64,000 nucleotides of DNA from Octopus sinensis (lineage: Eukaryota), in NCBI RefSeq assembly GCF_006345805.1, contig NC_043009.1, positions 16,678,001 through 16,742,000 on the forward strand, read 5' to 3'. The notes beneath the pieces were generated by a model. It saw only the letters and a program-made list of their open reading frames with translations. It was not told the origin of the DNA and did not search any database. A program made the position numbers and the translations under genes. Positions within the stretch are counted from its first letter, which is position 1; each line of letters begins with the position of its first letter. Positions 48,321 through 63,107 of this stretch are shown here, piece by piece.

Positions 48321-50299
48321 TTTAAAATGATCTGAATTAAAAATCAGCTTTGTGAATCCTGCAATTTGTCACAGGGACTCCACTATGCAAATAAATATTC
48401 ACTGCTATTGTAGCAACAGAGATATTTGTAAGAGACAAGTGTTATCAGTTATAAGATTTAAGGAGTCTCAAACTGAATGTATTTAGATAACATAATTACC
48501 ATTATGAGCAATAAAACAGTTGCTATAGCCACAGGAAATAGGTGTTATGTTAATGGAGAATTGATCCAAGCTGAGAGATAATTTGCTATTTAATGGTAGA
48601 GATCATACTAGAATCCAATACTCAGTTTGTCAGAATTGTTTTTGTAAGCAAGCAGTTACATAGGAAGCTGCAACAGTTGAACTGCAGGGAAGAGAAGAGT
48701 ATATTTTGAATGTGTCTAAGTGGATTGAGGAAACAGAGGCAGGAGGCAGTAAAACTGATGATGAAATTGTGAGTACAACGGTGATAAAGAAGACAATGGT
48801 GATAAGCGTGAGTCATGGATGGAACAATCTTGCTGAGAAATAACACTTCATCTCACAATCAACACCTGCTGATTAGGGTTCAGCAACTATGAGATAGAAA
48901 TGCTGGGAAAACTATGAGCTTGCCACATATACAACTAGTAAATGAGTTCTGTTAACAATTTCGATACCAAACTGCACCTAGTCCTAAGAATACAAAAATT
49001 GATCATTTTAAAAATGTTCATCTTGAAATTTTGTGAGGTCACCAAGTAACTTACAAGTTCCCCCCACCCCCGCTCAACTGAATGTGTGTTGGGGAGGGGG
49101 TAGTATTGAGGTGGGTGGTGGCTTTATGCTAGGTGTTGAACTGTTAAAAAGTATGATAGAGGGACAGGAACAGATGTCTTGCTGAAGAGGAGATACAGGC
49201 TTCCTCAACTAGAAAGAGAAACAGAGATGGTCTACCCTCAAGATAGATGGAGAGAAGAGGGATGAAAAATCAGAAGGTTAGTTAGATAAGGTGATGAGCA
49301 TGTGAAAGAAGAAGGACAGATGATTAGAGATGGGGACAGAATTGGATTCAGTGAACAGGGTTGAGTGGGGTGGCACATGTGTGGAGGTATGGCCAATGGT
49401 GAATATAGTTTCTAGGGGAATAGGAATGAAGAAAAAAAGATTGGGCAAAGAAGTTGGATGTAATAAGGGATAGGGAGATGATATGAAGTGTAGGGGAATA
49501 AATGGCACCTAATGAGTAGTGCCATAATCAATCTTATGAAAATCAACACAATCTTAATAAAGAAAAAAAAAAGGAATGAAAAAATGCATTTATGTATTTG
49601 TTTTGCAAGGTTATTGATGTGAAAATATATGTTGAAACAGATATTTGTATACTTGGGGATGGTCATCTTTTGGCAGTTAGCATTTATTTGATCTTTGCTT
49701 TAGTTATTATTATTATCATTATTTTTATTTGTTTGTCAAAGTTCTTTTGTAACACATTCTGTGACCTCTTCAGCAAATCTCTGTCCCTTGTGTCTCCTCT
49801 TGTCCGGCCTTTTCATTCTGTCTTTCGGTGGTATGAAAGAACATTGACAGGCAAAGACTAAAATAATAAATGACAATAAAGCTGAAGTGAAGATCAATAA
49901 ATAGTGTGAATGTTTAATTGACAAAAGATGACCACCCCCAAGTATAACAATGAATGAAAAAAAAATAGTTTTATCAAGTCTTCCAAATTCTAGGTTATTT
50001 TGAAATTTAAATGAAACATATAAACAGTGTATTTCATTAGAAAAATACCTTCGAAAGAGGAATGAGTTTATCACAAAGCTGAAAGTTCTGCTCGGATGAA
50101 AGATATTTATGATAAAGAATAGGGTAGGGCACCACTAACTATTTCCCATCCATAACCACTCCTCTGAAAATCAACAGAAGTGGACCAACAACAAGTAAGT
50201 CTATACACAGTTGCTCAACTGTTAGAAATAACATTATCCAAATCACACTTGGTTATCTCATAAAAGAATTGGAAAGACAGCACTGGATATACTCATCTT

Positions 50300-50730
50300 C
50301 ACCATCATTTAAACTGTTTTCCATGCTGGCATGAGTTGGACAGTTTGATAGAGGCTGGTGAGGCAGGAGACTACATCAGATTTCACTGTCTGTTTTGACA
50401 AGGTTTTTTTGTTATGGCAGGATGCCCTTCTTAACACCAACCACCATACAGAGTAGACTGAGTGCTTTTTATGTGGAACCAGCAAAAAGCAAGGCCTGTT
50501 TTGGCATGGCCTTTTACAGCTAGATGCTCTTCCAAACACAAACCACTTTACAGTGTGGACTAGATGCACCAGAACTGGTGGAATCACCAAGTAACTTGTA
50601 AAAATCCTTGAGGGAAGAGGCATTGAAGGCAGTGGCCATGTGCCGGGGAAGAGAGGTTAGAGTATGACAGAGAAATAGGAACAAGTGTCTTGCAGTAGAA
50701 GATACATGGTTACCCAGTCAGAGAGAGAGA
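50300..50730 (-). mobile_element. RTE 3' UTR fragment (GA-rich subfamily)
   Basis: catcatttaaac..catgctggcatgagttggacagtttga..ggatgcccttc. Similar to 42241-42880. Confidence 0.75.
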
Positions 50731-51137
50731 GTATTCAAGAACAAGAGAAAGAGCAGGAGAGAAGTGGTGGTGAAGACAGTGGACATGGCTGGAATGCTTT
50801 TACTATTGGTCAACTGAATCAGAACTAACCTGGGGCTAAACAACAATAACCAAAACGAAGCATCAAAACTTCATAACCAGTTGATGAGTGGGTAATTAAG
50901 GGGATATAAGAAAACCAGACTGATTCAGTTGTGTTACCGGGCAGAAAGGTGGGTGTAACGAAATCTTTAACATAAACAAACACTGTCATGTCCAACGGAA
51001 ATTTTGTTGTAAATCGTTGTCACCTTTTCAGAAAAATCACATATTAGCTTATTTATTATCTTTCATCTACTTGTTTCAGTTTCATTTGACATGGCCAGCT
51101 GGGCACTAACCTTGGGTTTATTAAAAAAAAATCACTA

Positions 51138-51237
51138 NNNNNNNNNNNNNNNNNNNNNNNNNNNNNNNNNNNNNNNNNNNNNNNNNNNNNNNNNNNNNNN
51201 NNNNNNNNNNNNNNNNNNNNNNNNNNNNNNNNNNNNN
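51138..51237. other. Assembly gap (100 N)
   Basis: Exactly 100 N, the usual placeholder for a scaffolding join of unknown size. Confidence 0.99.
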
Positions 51238-54200
51238 TTTTACGTGCCACTGGTACGTACGATGCCAGTCAGGCAGCACTGGCATCAACCATGCTCAAAT
51301 GAAGCTTTTTACGTGCACTGGTGGTACGTACGATGCCAGTCAGGCAGCACTGGCATCAACAATGCTCAAATGAAGCTTTTTACGTGCCACTGGTACGTAC
51401 GATGCCAGTCAGGCAGCACTGGCATCAACCATGTTCAAATGAAGCTTTTTACGTGCCACTGGTACGTACGATGCCAGTCAGGCAGCACTGGCATCAACAA
51501 TGCTCAAATGAAGCTTTTTACGTGCCACTGGTACGTACGATGCCAGTCAGGCAGCACTGGCATCAACAATGCTCAAATGAAGCTTTTTACGTGCCACTGG
51601 TACGTACGATGCCAGTCAGGCAGCACTGGCATCAACCATGCTCAAATGAAGCTTTTTACGTGCCACTGGTACGTACGATGCCAGTCAGGCAGCACTGGCA
51701 TCAACAATGCTCAAATGAAGCTTTTTACGTGCCACTGGTACGTACGATGCCAGTCAGGCAGCACTGGCATCAACCATGCTCAAATGAAGCTTTTTACGTG
51801 CCACTGGTACGTACGATGCCAGTCAGGCAGCACTGGCATCAACCATGCTCAAATGAAGCTTTTTACGTGCCACTGGTACGTACGATGCCAGTCAGGCAGC
51901 ACTGGCATCAACCATGCTCAAATGGTGTTTTTTACGTGCCACTGCTACGTACGATGCCAGTCAGGCAGCACTGGCATCAACGATGCTCAAATGAAGCTTT
52001 TTACGTGCCACTGGTACGTACGATGCCAGTCAGGCAGCACTGGCATCAACAATGCTCAAATGAAGCTTTTTACGTGCCACTGGTACGTACGATGCCAGTC
52101 AGGCAGCACTGGCATCAACCATGCTCAAATGAAGCTTTTTACGTGCCACTGGTACGTACGATGCCAGTCAGGCAGCACTGGCATCAACCATGCTCAAATG
52201 GTGTTTTTTACGTGCCACTGGTACGTACGATGCCAGTCAGGCAGCACTGGCATCAACAATGCTCAAATGAAGCTTTTTACGTGCCACTGGTACGTACGAT
52301 GCCAGTCAGGACTGCACTGGCATCAACCATGCTCAAATGAAGCTTTTTACGTGCCACTGGTACGTACGATGCCAGTCAGGCAGCACTGGCATCAACCATG
52401 CTCAAATGAAGCTTTTTACGTGCCACTGGTACGTACGATGCCAGTCAGGCAGCACTGGCATCAACAATGCTCAAATGAAGCTTTTTACGTGCCACTGGTA
52501 CGTACGATGCCAGTCAGGCAGCACTGGCATCAACCATGCTCAAATGAAGCTTTTTACGTGCCACTGGTACGTACGATGCCAGTCAGACTGCACTGGCATC
52601 AACCATGCTCAAATGAAGCTTTTTACGTGCCACTGGTACGTACGATGCCAGTCAGGCAGCACTGGCATCAACAATGCTCAAATGAAGCTTTTTACGTGCC
52701 ACTTGTACGTACGATGCCAGTCAGGCAGCACTGGCATCAACAATGCTCAAATGAAGCTTTTTACGTGCCACTGGTACGTACGATGCCAGTCAGACTGCAC
52801 TGGCATCAACCATGCTCAAATGAAGCTTTTTACGTGCCACTGGTACGTACGATGCCAGTCAGGCAGCACTGGCATCAACCATGCTCAAATGAAGCTTTTT
52901 ACGTGCCACTGGTACGTACGATGCCAGTCAGGCAGCACTGGCATCAACCATGCTCAAATGGTGGTTTTTACGTGCCACTGGTACGTACGATGCCAGTCAG
53001 GCAGCACTGGCATCAACCATGCTCAAATGAAGCTTTTTACGTGCCACTGGTACGTACGATGCCAGTCAGGCAGCACTGGCATCAACCATGCTCAAATGAA
53101 GCTTTTTACGTGCCACTGGTACGTACGATGCCAGTCAGGCAGCACTGGCATCAACCATGCTCAAATGAAGCTTTTTACGTGCCACTGGTACTGGTACGTA
53201 CGATGCCAGTCAGGCAGCACTGGCATCAACCATGCTCAAATGAAGCTGTTTACGTGCCACTGGTACGTACGATGCCAGTCAGGCAGCACTGGCATCAACC
53301 ATGCTCAAATGAAGCTTTTTACGTGCCACTGGTACGTACGATGCCAGTCAGGCAGCACTGGCATCAACAATGCTCAAATGAAGCTTTTTACGTGCCACTG
53401 GTACGTACGATGCCAGTCAGGCAGCACTGGCATCAACAATGCTGAAATGAAGCTTTTTACGTGCCACTGGTACGTACGATGCCAGTCAGGCAGCACTGGC
53501 ATCAACCATGCTCAAATGAAGCTTTTTACGTGCCACTGGTACGTACGATGCCAGTCAGGCAGCACTGGCATCAACATGCTCAAATGAAGCTTTTTACGTG
53601 CCACTGGTACGTACGATGCCAGTCAGGCAGCACTGGCATCAACCATGCTCAAATGAAGCTTTTTACGTGCCACTGGTACGTACGATGCCAGTCAGGCAGC
53701 ACTGGCATCAACCATGCTCAAATGAAGCTTTTTACGTGCCACTGGTACGTACGATGCCAGTCAGCAGCACTGGCATCAACCATGTTCAAATGAAGCTTTT
53801 TACGTGCCACTGGTACGTACGATGCCAGTCAGGCAGCACTGGCATCAACAATGCTCAAATGAAGCTTTTTACGTGCCACTGGTACGTACGATGCCAGTCA
53901 GGCAGCACTGGCATCAACCATGCTCAAATGAAGCTTTTTACGTGCCACTGGTACGTACGATGCCAGTCAGGCAGCACTGGCATCAACAATGCTCAAATGA
54001 AGCTTTTTACGTGCCACTGGTACGTACGATGCCAGTCAGGCAGCACTGGCATCAACAATGCTCAAATGAAGCTTTTTACGTGCCACTGGTACGTACGATG
54101 CCAGTCAGGCAGCACTGGCATCAACCATGCTCAAATGAAGCTTTTTACGTGCCACTGGTACGTACGATGCCAGTCAGGCAGCACTGGCATCAACCATGCT

Positions 54201-55104
54201 CAAATGAAGCTTTTTACGTGCCACTGGTACGTACGATGCCAGTCAGGCAGCACTGGCATCAACAATGCTCAAATGAAGCTTTTTACGTGCCACTGGTACG
54301 TACGATGCCAGTCAGGCAGCACTGGCATCAACCATGCTCAAATGAAGCTTTTTACGTGCCACTGGTACGTACGATGCCAGTCAGGCAGCACTGGCATCAC
54401 CATGCTCAAATGAAGCTTTTTACGTGCCACTGGTACGTACGATGCCAGTCAGGCAGCACTGGCATCAACCATGCTCAAACGGTGTTTTTTACGTGCCACT
54501 GCTACGTACGATGCCAGTCAGGCAGCACTGGCATCAACAATGCTCAAATGAAGCTTTTTACGTGCCACTGGTACGTACGATGCCAGTCAGGCAGCACTGG
54601 CATCAACCATGCTCAAATAGAACCTTTTTACGTGCCACTGGTACGTACGATGCCAGTCAGGCAGCACTGGCATCAACAATGCTCAAATGAAGCTTTTTAC
54701 GTGCCACTGGTACGTACGATGCCAGTCAGGCAGCACTGGCATCAACAATGCTCAAATGAAGCTTTTTACGTGCCACTGGTACGTACGATGCCAGTCAGGC
54801 AGCACTGGCATCAACCATGCTCAAATGAAGCTTTTTACGTGCCACTGGTACGTACGATGCCAGTCAGGCAGCACTGGCATCAACCATGCTCAAATGGTGT
54901 TTTTTACGTGCCACTGGTACGTACGATGCCAGTCAGGCAGCACTGGCATCAACAATGCTCAAATGAAGCTTTTTACGTGCCACTGGTACGTACGATGCCA
55001 GTCAGACTGCACTGGCATCAACCATGCTCAAATGGTGGTCTTTACGTGCCACTGGTACGTACGATGCCAGTCAGACTGCACTGGCATCGACCATGCTCAA
55101 GTGC
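51238..55104. repeat. Second block of the 69-bp satellite (~56 units), a duplicate of the right end of the first array
   Basis: Rare variants (atgttc, ggtgtt, aacgat, cagactgc, cacttgt, gctgaa, aaacggt, atagaacc) occur in the same order as in 28255-32112. Confidence 0.97.
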
Positions 55105-55775
55105 TTTTTACATACCACCAGCACGGGAGACAGTCAAGCGGCGCTGGCATCGACCACACTCGAATGGTGCTTTCTATGTGCCAGTCAGGTGACAATGGCA
55201 TCGACCACACTCAAATGGTGCTTTTTAGTGTCCATCCACCAAATCCACTCACAAGACTGTGAAACACCCAAGGCTACAGTGGAAGACACTTGCTCAAAGT
55301 GCCACACAGTGGGACTGAATCATGTAATTGGTAAGCAAGCGTCTTACCACACAGCCATGCCTGCACCCATGCAAGAAACAGCTAATGATCTAGTTGCAAT
55401 ACATCTGCAACAGTTTCCTTGGTAATTAATGCACAAATGGGCTTTCTAAGATCTAATTTTCTGGATAAGAGATTACTAGAACATATCATCATCATCATCA
55501 TTTTAACATCCACTATGTCATATTTGCAAGTGTTGGACAGAATTTACTCTTTTACTTGTTTGTCATATTTGAATATGGCCATGCTGGAGCACCACCTTTA
55601 GCCGAGCAAATTGACCCCAGGACTTATTCTTTGTAAGTCTAGCACTTTTTCTATCAGTCTATTTTGCTGAACTGCTAAGTTACGGGGATGTAAACACACC
55701 ATCATTGGCTGTCAAGCGATGTTGGGGGGGGGGGCAAACACAGACACACAAACATATACATACACTCATTCATAC

Positions 55776-55808
<33 letters not shown>

Positions 55809-58515
55809 CACATATACATATATACAATGGGCTTCTTTCAGTTTCCATCTACCAAATCCACTCACAAGGCTTTGGTTGGCCCGAGGCTATAGTAGAAGAC
55901 ACTTGACCAAGGTGCCATGCAGTGGGACTGAACCTGGAACCATGTGGTTCGTAAGCAAGCTACTTACCACACAGCCACTCCTACGCCTTTGCTGAGATGG
56001 ATTTTCTATAATCAGAAGCCTTTCCTCTTACTAATTCCAACCTGCTTGTTCACAAGATTAGAAATAAATGACACTGCTTACAACTCTCATATGGTGTCAA
56101 GGCAGGAAGACAGTTAAAAGACACACACACAACAGACTTCTTTCAATTTTCGTCTACCAAATCCATCCACAATGATTCAGTTGGTCCAAGGCTATAGTAA
56201 AAGACATTTGCCCAAGGTGCCATGCAGTGAACCAAACCCGGAACCATGAGGGTGGGAAGCAAATTTCTTACAACACAGCTATACCTGCACCAAATATTAT
56301 AATTTACGTTGTTTGAATTCTTTAAAAATTACCAAAAATTATTTTTAAATGACCAATATCTCAATTTTTAAAAAATCATTTAAAGATTAAAAGACATAAT
56401 TACATATTTCTTTACTACCCACAAGGGGGCTAAACATAGAGGGGACAAACAAGGACAGACAAACGGATTAAGTTGATTATATCGACCCCAGTGCGTAACT
56501 GGTACTTACTTAATCGACCCCGAAAGGATGAAAGGCAAAGTCGACCTCGGCGGAATTTGAACTCAGAACGTAGCGGCAGACGAAATACGGCTACGCATTT
56601 CGCCCGGCGTGCTAATGTTTATATGTACCTCATAAAAGACATAATTACAGCTTAGTGCTCAATCTTGACTTTGTTTCCTCATGCATAATTTTCAATGAAG
56701 TTTTGCAGAGACACATTGTTGAAGATGTAAATTACAAATATGTTGATAAAATTAAAATAAAGAAAAATTCATACCCTTTTAACCACCCAATAGCTTGCTC
56801 AAAATTATTGTATCTATGGCATTCTCTTAATTGATATTATTATCATTGATGATAAAAAAAATAATAAAGTAGGCAGCTATCTTTTAGCAGACAACAGTAC
56901 AAATTGATTGTAATCAATACAAATCAAAATGATTTGTATTTGTAAGCCATATGTGAAATGGGAAACTTTCTTTTCATGCTTTCCAATTAATGTTGACAAT
57001 AACATCAATCAGGATAATGGCATAGATTTTTACCTTGATTTTTTTTTCTGTTTATTGTTGCTGAGCAATGATTTTGAGCAAGTTATTGAATGCTTAAAAA
57101 AAAAAAAAAGGTATGGACTTATTCCTCTTTTTGAGTTATAAAAAGTTAATGCAACAAAATTCCACTAACAATTGTAATCTACATCTTCAAAAATGCATCT
57201 CTACAAAATTTCATTAAAAATATGCATTATTAAGGAAGTTATGAAGAAATAATGTTGGGGAGAGGAGGGGATGACACAAAGCTGGAGTTATGCAGACTAA
57301 AAAGTGTTTTGCATTGTGTACTCATCATTGTAAATGATTAACAAAAGAAAATCACAAGACCCGCAATGTCCTGTTTCATTATAGCTTCATGTATCAATAA
57401 CAGAAGGCTATTGTAATTGTAAAAAGCATGCATTATACATTTGGAAGTAGAGCTTTTTCATTAAATATCAATCCAGTATTGCTGGATTGATATTTAATGA
57501 AACTCATCATCATAATAGCTTTGAGAGTGACATAAAAATCATAGATCTTTTCCTTTGCCACTTGAATCTATTGATCAATAATTACATATTTCTAAAAAAA
57601 GAAAATTGTTGTCATCCAACTGTATGGCTTGGCTACAAAATCCATTATATTTCCATTTAGTGTTCAGCAACACCCTCAGAGCATATTGTGACACTACCTC
57701 AAGGACTGCTATTCACAAGAAAAGTTAGCAAAAGTTAGAAAATTGTACGTGGTCATGATGATGATCATCATCATCATTTAACATCTGTTTTCCATGCTGG
57801 CATGGACTAGACAGTTTGACTGGGGACTGGCAAGCCAGGAGGCTGCACCAGGCTCCAATCTGATCTGGCAATGTTTCTACAGCTGGATGCCCTTCCTAAC
57901 GCCAACCACTCTGAGAGTAGTGGATGCTTTTTACATGGGAGCCAGTCAGGCAGCACTGGCAGTGGCCACATTTGGATGGTGCCTTCTATGTGCTCCCAGC
58001 ACAGGAGCCAGTCAGGGCAGGGGGCTGGCTTTGACCTCATTCAGATGATGTATTTTACATGCCACCAGCATGGGGAGCCAGTCAGATGGCACTGGCAACG
58101 ACCTATGCAATGAATGGTACTTATTGTATGCTACCAGGCAGCACTGGTGTTGGCCATAACTACAATTTCTATTTTGATTTGACTGTGATTTTGATTTTTG
58201 ATTTTACTTGGACTCAATAGGTCTCCTCAAGCACGACATGTTGCCTGATGATTCAAAGGTACTTTTTATATGTACTTTGCAAAATACATATTTCTAAAAA
58301 ATGCAATCAGAGAAAGGAGAGATCATTTGTTAGCCTAATGATGTTCAAGTAAAATGTTGAATGAAATAAATTTTGCTGATTACTATGCTGAGAAAAAAAA
58401 CAAAAAAAACTATGGCTATGACATAATTGTTGTTCTTTACCCACATTTATGGCAAAACTTGAGTGCTAAGGGTGCTGTTTTATTCTATCTCTGAATGCAG
58501 GAGTCAATGTCTCAC

Positions 58516-58587
58516 CAGATGGTGAAGCAGCTCTGTAGGCATTTCAGCCTCTTCCATTGCAACACAAGAACTACCTGAGGCCACCCA
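58516..58587 (-). CDS. Duplicate of candidate exon 35513-35584
   Basis: Same sequence and splice sites. Confidence 0.35.
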
Positions 58588-58852
58588 CTGATGCAGGCAA
58601 TAAAAGGAGAGAAAATAGTAATTCAGTGAAGTAGAGTAATAGCCATGACTGAGAGGGAGTGAGGGAAAGTAATAGAAAGAGAGGAAATGGCAAAGAGAGC
58701 ATCGTGATTCTTCTATAATAATACTCTTGCATTTTTCTCCGTCACAACAAATGAAATGATAGATGAATAAAGAAGGAAGGGGTGGAAAAAAAATCAAACT
58801 GCATTTCAACAGTGTGAGTATATGTGTGTGTATTTAAAAGGGAGGTATGTGA

Positions 58853-58890
<38 letters not shown>

Positions 58891-60064
58891 AATGGAAGTG
58901 GGATGGTGAACATTCAATGCTGAAAAGAAAAATCAAAGTGTTTCAACTCTGTGTGAGTATAAGTGTGTATATGTGTGTCTATACAAAGGAAGTATGTGAA
59001 TGTATGCGTGAACCAGTGCTCTTCCAGTAACTATTCATAAACTAACCAGCGTTATTTCAGTAATTAATGATGATCGATGTCACATTTCAAAAGACAACCA
59101 TTAGATAACACTGATAAGTGTATTAATTTGATTTACCATCCATATTTTCTATCTGTTTTGTTAAAAATAATTATTACAATCACACACTCTACATAAACAT
59201 ACAAACTCATTAGAGAAAATAATTACTGCCTGAGTGAATCAAGAATATAAAACGACTGCAGTTGAAAAGTATATTATAAATACACGTCTTAATTTAACAG
59301 TTTATACATGTCCTTAATTTATTTATATTGAGAAATTTATGTAATAAATTTTGAATAGGGGAGTTTTTACAATATCAACCCTAAGTCACGGACTGCTTTT
59401 TGTGGCTTTAAATCGTATGAGTTTAGGTTGGTTTCAGTAATGGAGAGCACAACTGAAAGGAAATGTTGCTTCGAAAAAGTTGGTATTTACTTGCCAGCTT
59501 TTGTATTTAGTCATGGCCAGCTTTATGTGGCCTTAAGCCATACAAGAAGGGAAGGAAAACTTAAAATTCTTTTAAAGGAAACAAGCAACTAAAGGATATT
59601 AGTTGCGGGTAGATTTTTCACAAAAGATTTGGTAATAAAAGAATTTAACTTAAAACTTGGTTTTGTAACTTATTCATATATAAAATTGCTTAAACTTTTG
59701 CTGTTATTTGGTCAAAACCAGCCCTTAGGCATTCCAACCATGATCATGATCATCATCATCATTTAACATGTTTTCCAAGCTGGTATGGGTTGGACAGTTT
59801 GACTGGAGTTGGTAAAGCCAGGGGGCACTCTAGGTTCCATTGTCTGTTCTGACATGGTTTCTACAACTGGATGCTCTTCTTAATGCCAACCACTCCACAG
59901 AATGTACTAGGTGCTTTTTATGTAACACCAGCATGAGTGCTTTTAATATGGCAACAGCACAAATGCTTTTCATGTGGTACCAGCATTGGTATCAATTCTG
60001 CTGTGGCAGACTTCTTGAGTACAGCAAGGTGCCAGATATCTCAGTCCTTAGTCATCTCCTGATC

Positions 60065-60596
60065 TTAGGCATATTTGGCTACTGTTTCTAGAAGTTTGAG
60101 CAACTCTGCAGAATCTTTCCCAAAGGCTTCTTTAACTAATGTAGTCCAAATATTCAATTCAACAGATTTCAAGAAATATGAAAAATAGGAATCACAATGT
60201 TCATCTTTTACCAAAAACCTTATCAAAATCAATAAAACAGCTGCAAAAAGAAATCAAATCTGAATGGCAGATGAAGTTTGCCAAGAGATTACTAAATTAT
60301 ACAACTTAGTACCCTACATACTTTTGTTACAGGTAGAGAATTGTGATAAACTGGCTGTTGGATAGTATGTGTTTTTTAAACAAATATTGATTAAATACTA
60401 CCAACAAATTAACATCTAGGGTTTCCAACATAAAATGACACTACCAGGTATGATAAAAACTAATTTGAGACATGAATAAAGTGTAATAAATCTTACAAAT
60501 GTGAAGGTTGTACTGAAGTAATGCAGAAGCAGGCGTAACCTTTTTTAACTGATGTAGGTCATTCAAACTGCACAAGTTGACAGAATAACTCTTCCT
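60065..60596 (-). CDS. Duplicates of candidate exons (60497-60596 and 60065-60240)
   Basis: Same sequence and splice sites as 37486-37585 and 37055-37230. Confidence 0.4.
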
Positions 60597-60668
60597 CTAT
60601 AGAAAGATAAGCAACAGTCTTCATCACACATAATAAATTTGCATCATAACTGATCTCAATTCTCAAAT

Positions 60669-62362
60669 CATCATCATTGTCGTTTAATGTCCACTTCCCA
60701 TGCTGGCGTGGGTTGGACAGTTTGACTGAGGACTGGCAAGCCAGGAGGCTGTACTAGGCTCTAATCTGATCTGGCAAGGTTTCTACAGCTGGATGCCCTT
60801 CCTAACACCAACCAATCCGAGACTGTGGTGGGTAATTTTTACGTGCCACCAGCACGGGACCAGTCAGGCAGCACTGGCATCAACCACACTTAAATGGTGC
60901 TTTTTACATGCCAGTCAGGCGGTACTGTCATCAGCCACAACAATGGCTTCACTTGACTCAACAGGTCTTTGCATAAGCAGTTTATTGCCCAATGATTGAA
61001 AGGTACTCATAAACGGGCCAGTTTTGCTGCACTGGCATAGGTCACGGTTATGGTCTCACTTAGTTTGCCAGGTCTCCTCAAGCACAGAATATCTCCAAAG
61101 GCCTCAGTTGCTCATCAATCGCCTCAGTGAGGCCCAACATTCAAAGGTCATGCTTCACCACCTCATCCCAGATCTTCCTGGGTCTACTTCTTCCACAGGT
61201 TCCCTCTACTGCTGAGGTGTGACACTTTTTCACACAGCTGTCCTCATCCATATGCAACACATACCAGTGCTGTCATCTCCCTTGCACACCACATCTGATG
61301 CTTCTTATGTCCAACTTTTTCTCTCAGGGCACTTACATTCTGTCGTGTATGCACACTGACATTACACATCAAGCATAGAATACTAGCTTCATTTCTTGCA
61401 AGCTTACGCACGTCCATGTTTCACTGCCATGAAGCATGGCTGTTCGCACACGTGTCATACAGTCTACCTTTTACTGTGAGCGAGAGGTCCTTTGTCACCA
61501 GCAGAGGTAGAAGCTCTCAGAACTTTGCTCAGGCTATTCTTATTCTAGCAGCTACACTCTCAGAGCCTCCACCCCATCTACTGACTTGGTCACCTAGGTA
61601 ACGGAAGCTATCAACTACGTCTAGTTTTCCCCCCTGGTATGTGACAGAAGCTGTTTTCTGTACATTTTCAGTGTTTATTGCTCCTGAGCATTTGCTACAC
61701 ACAAAAACTATCTTCCCAGTTAGCCTTCCTTTGATACTGCTGCACCTCTTATGTGTCCATCGCTTACACTGGGTACATCTTATGGAGTCTCTACTCATGT
61801 CTTTTATACAGATTGAGCAGGGCCATCTACCTGAAGGGATTTGTGATTTGTCTGCCTACCTACTTACTAAAACTTTGGTTTTTGCTAGGTTCACACTAAA
61901 ACCATTTGATTCTAGACCTTGCTTCCACACCTGAAACTTCTCGTCTAGTTCTGATAGTGACTCATCTATTAGAGCAAGGTCATCAGTATAGAGAAGCTCC
62001 CAAGGACATCCTATCTTGAATTCCTCTATTACTACCTGGAGAACTATAATGAATAAGAGGGGGCTGAAGACTGATCTTTGATGGACCTCTACCCCTATCC
62101 AGAATTCTTCACTATACTCATTGCCAACCCTCACCTTATTTACAGCATCCCTGTACATGGCTTGTACAGCTCTTACTAACCACTCATCTATCCCTAATTT
62201 CTACATTGACCACCAGATAAGGGATCTGGGAACCCTGTCAAAGGCTTTCTCTATGTCAATGAAAGCCAAGTACAGAGGTTTATCTTTGGCTAGGTATTTC
62301 TCCTGCAGCTGTCTTACCAGAAATATACCACAAACCCAAGCTTCATCTTGTCTAAACTAACT
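60669..62362 (-). mobile_element. Duplicate of RTE LINE 37658-39350
   Basis: The ORF track shows RT segment 61856-62158 (ELLYTDDL) and Cys/His finger 61529-61798. Confidence 0.92.
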
Positions 62363-62367
62363 AAATA

Positions 62368-63107
62368 TGCACTGTTATATCTACATCTTCACAGTCACTT
62401 TCATCTCAACTGTGCATTCAAATCATTGTCCTTGGATCAAAAAGGTGGAAGTCAGAGAACACCAAGTCTGGGTGGTACAGTGGGGCCCAATTTGCCAATG
62501 ATGTGTGAAGTCATGCACTGTCTTAGTGAATGAAGATCATTTTTAAATTCTTGATCAGCTTCTTCCACCTAATGGCTTCTCAAAGCTTTTGAAGCTCTCA
62601 ATGTACCACTTGCTGTTCACTGTACTGCTATGTTTCAAGTCAAGGAGACAGATGCCCTGTCATTCTCAAAAACAGTTAATACGTTTCATCTCATGTCACC
62701 AGACTGGAAAGAAACAGGTCTTCATTGGCTTCAACTGCCTTGAGTATATCAGAACAGATTTCAACCTTTCTGTCCTTCAAATCAGATGTCAACAGCTGAG
62801 GTTCCCATTTTGCACACAATTTCTGATACCCAAAGTTTTACACCATCTTCTGTAATATTACCATTCATTGTGACTCATCTGCCTATGTGAATCAATTCAT
62901 CCACTTGCTGGCAATTAGTCAGTGGTCACAGCCAGTGACCTTCCACTGTAGGTTCTGTCTTCAATGTTGGTTTTCCTTTCTTTAAACTTCATCTATCCAT
63001 GCTCATTGCCCTTGTTAGTGATGTAGCCTTCTGTGGATGTCAGACAGCCTGCAACCCTCTTTCATCAAGAACTCAAAGATAGCATGCTGCTTCTGCTTGG
63101 AATCCAT
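62368..63107 (-). pseudogene. Duplicate of the mariner transposase relic
   Basis: Same motifs as 39356-40093. Confidence 0.85.

Noticed and set aside
48600-50100. Short hydrophobic ORFs (e.g. 49592-49861, 49736-50074)
   Set aside because: Low-complexity AT- or purine-rich sequence with no motifs or splice support.
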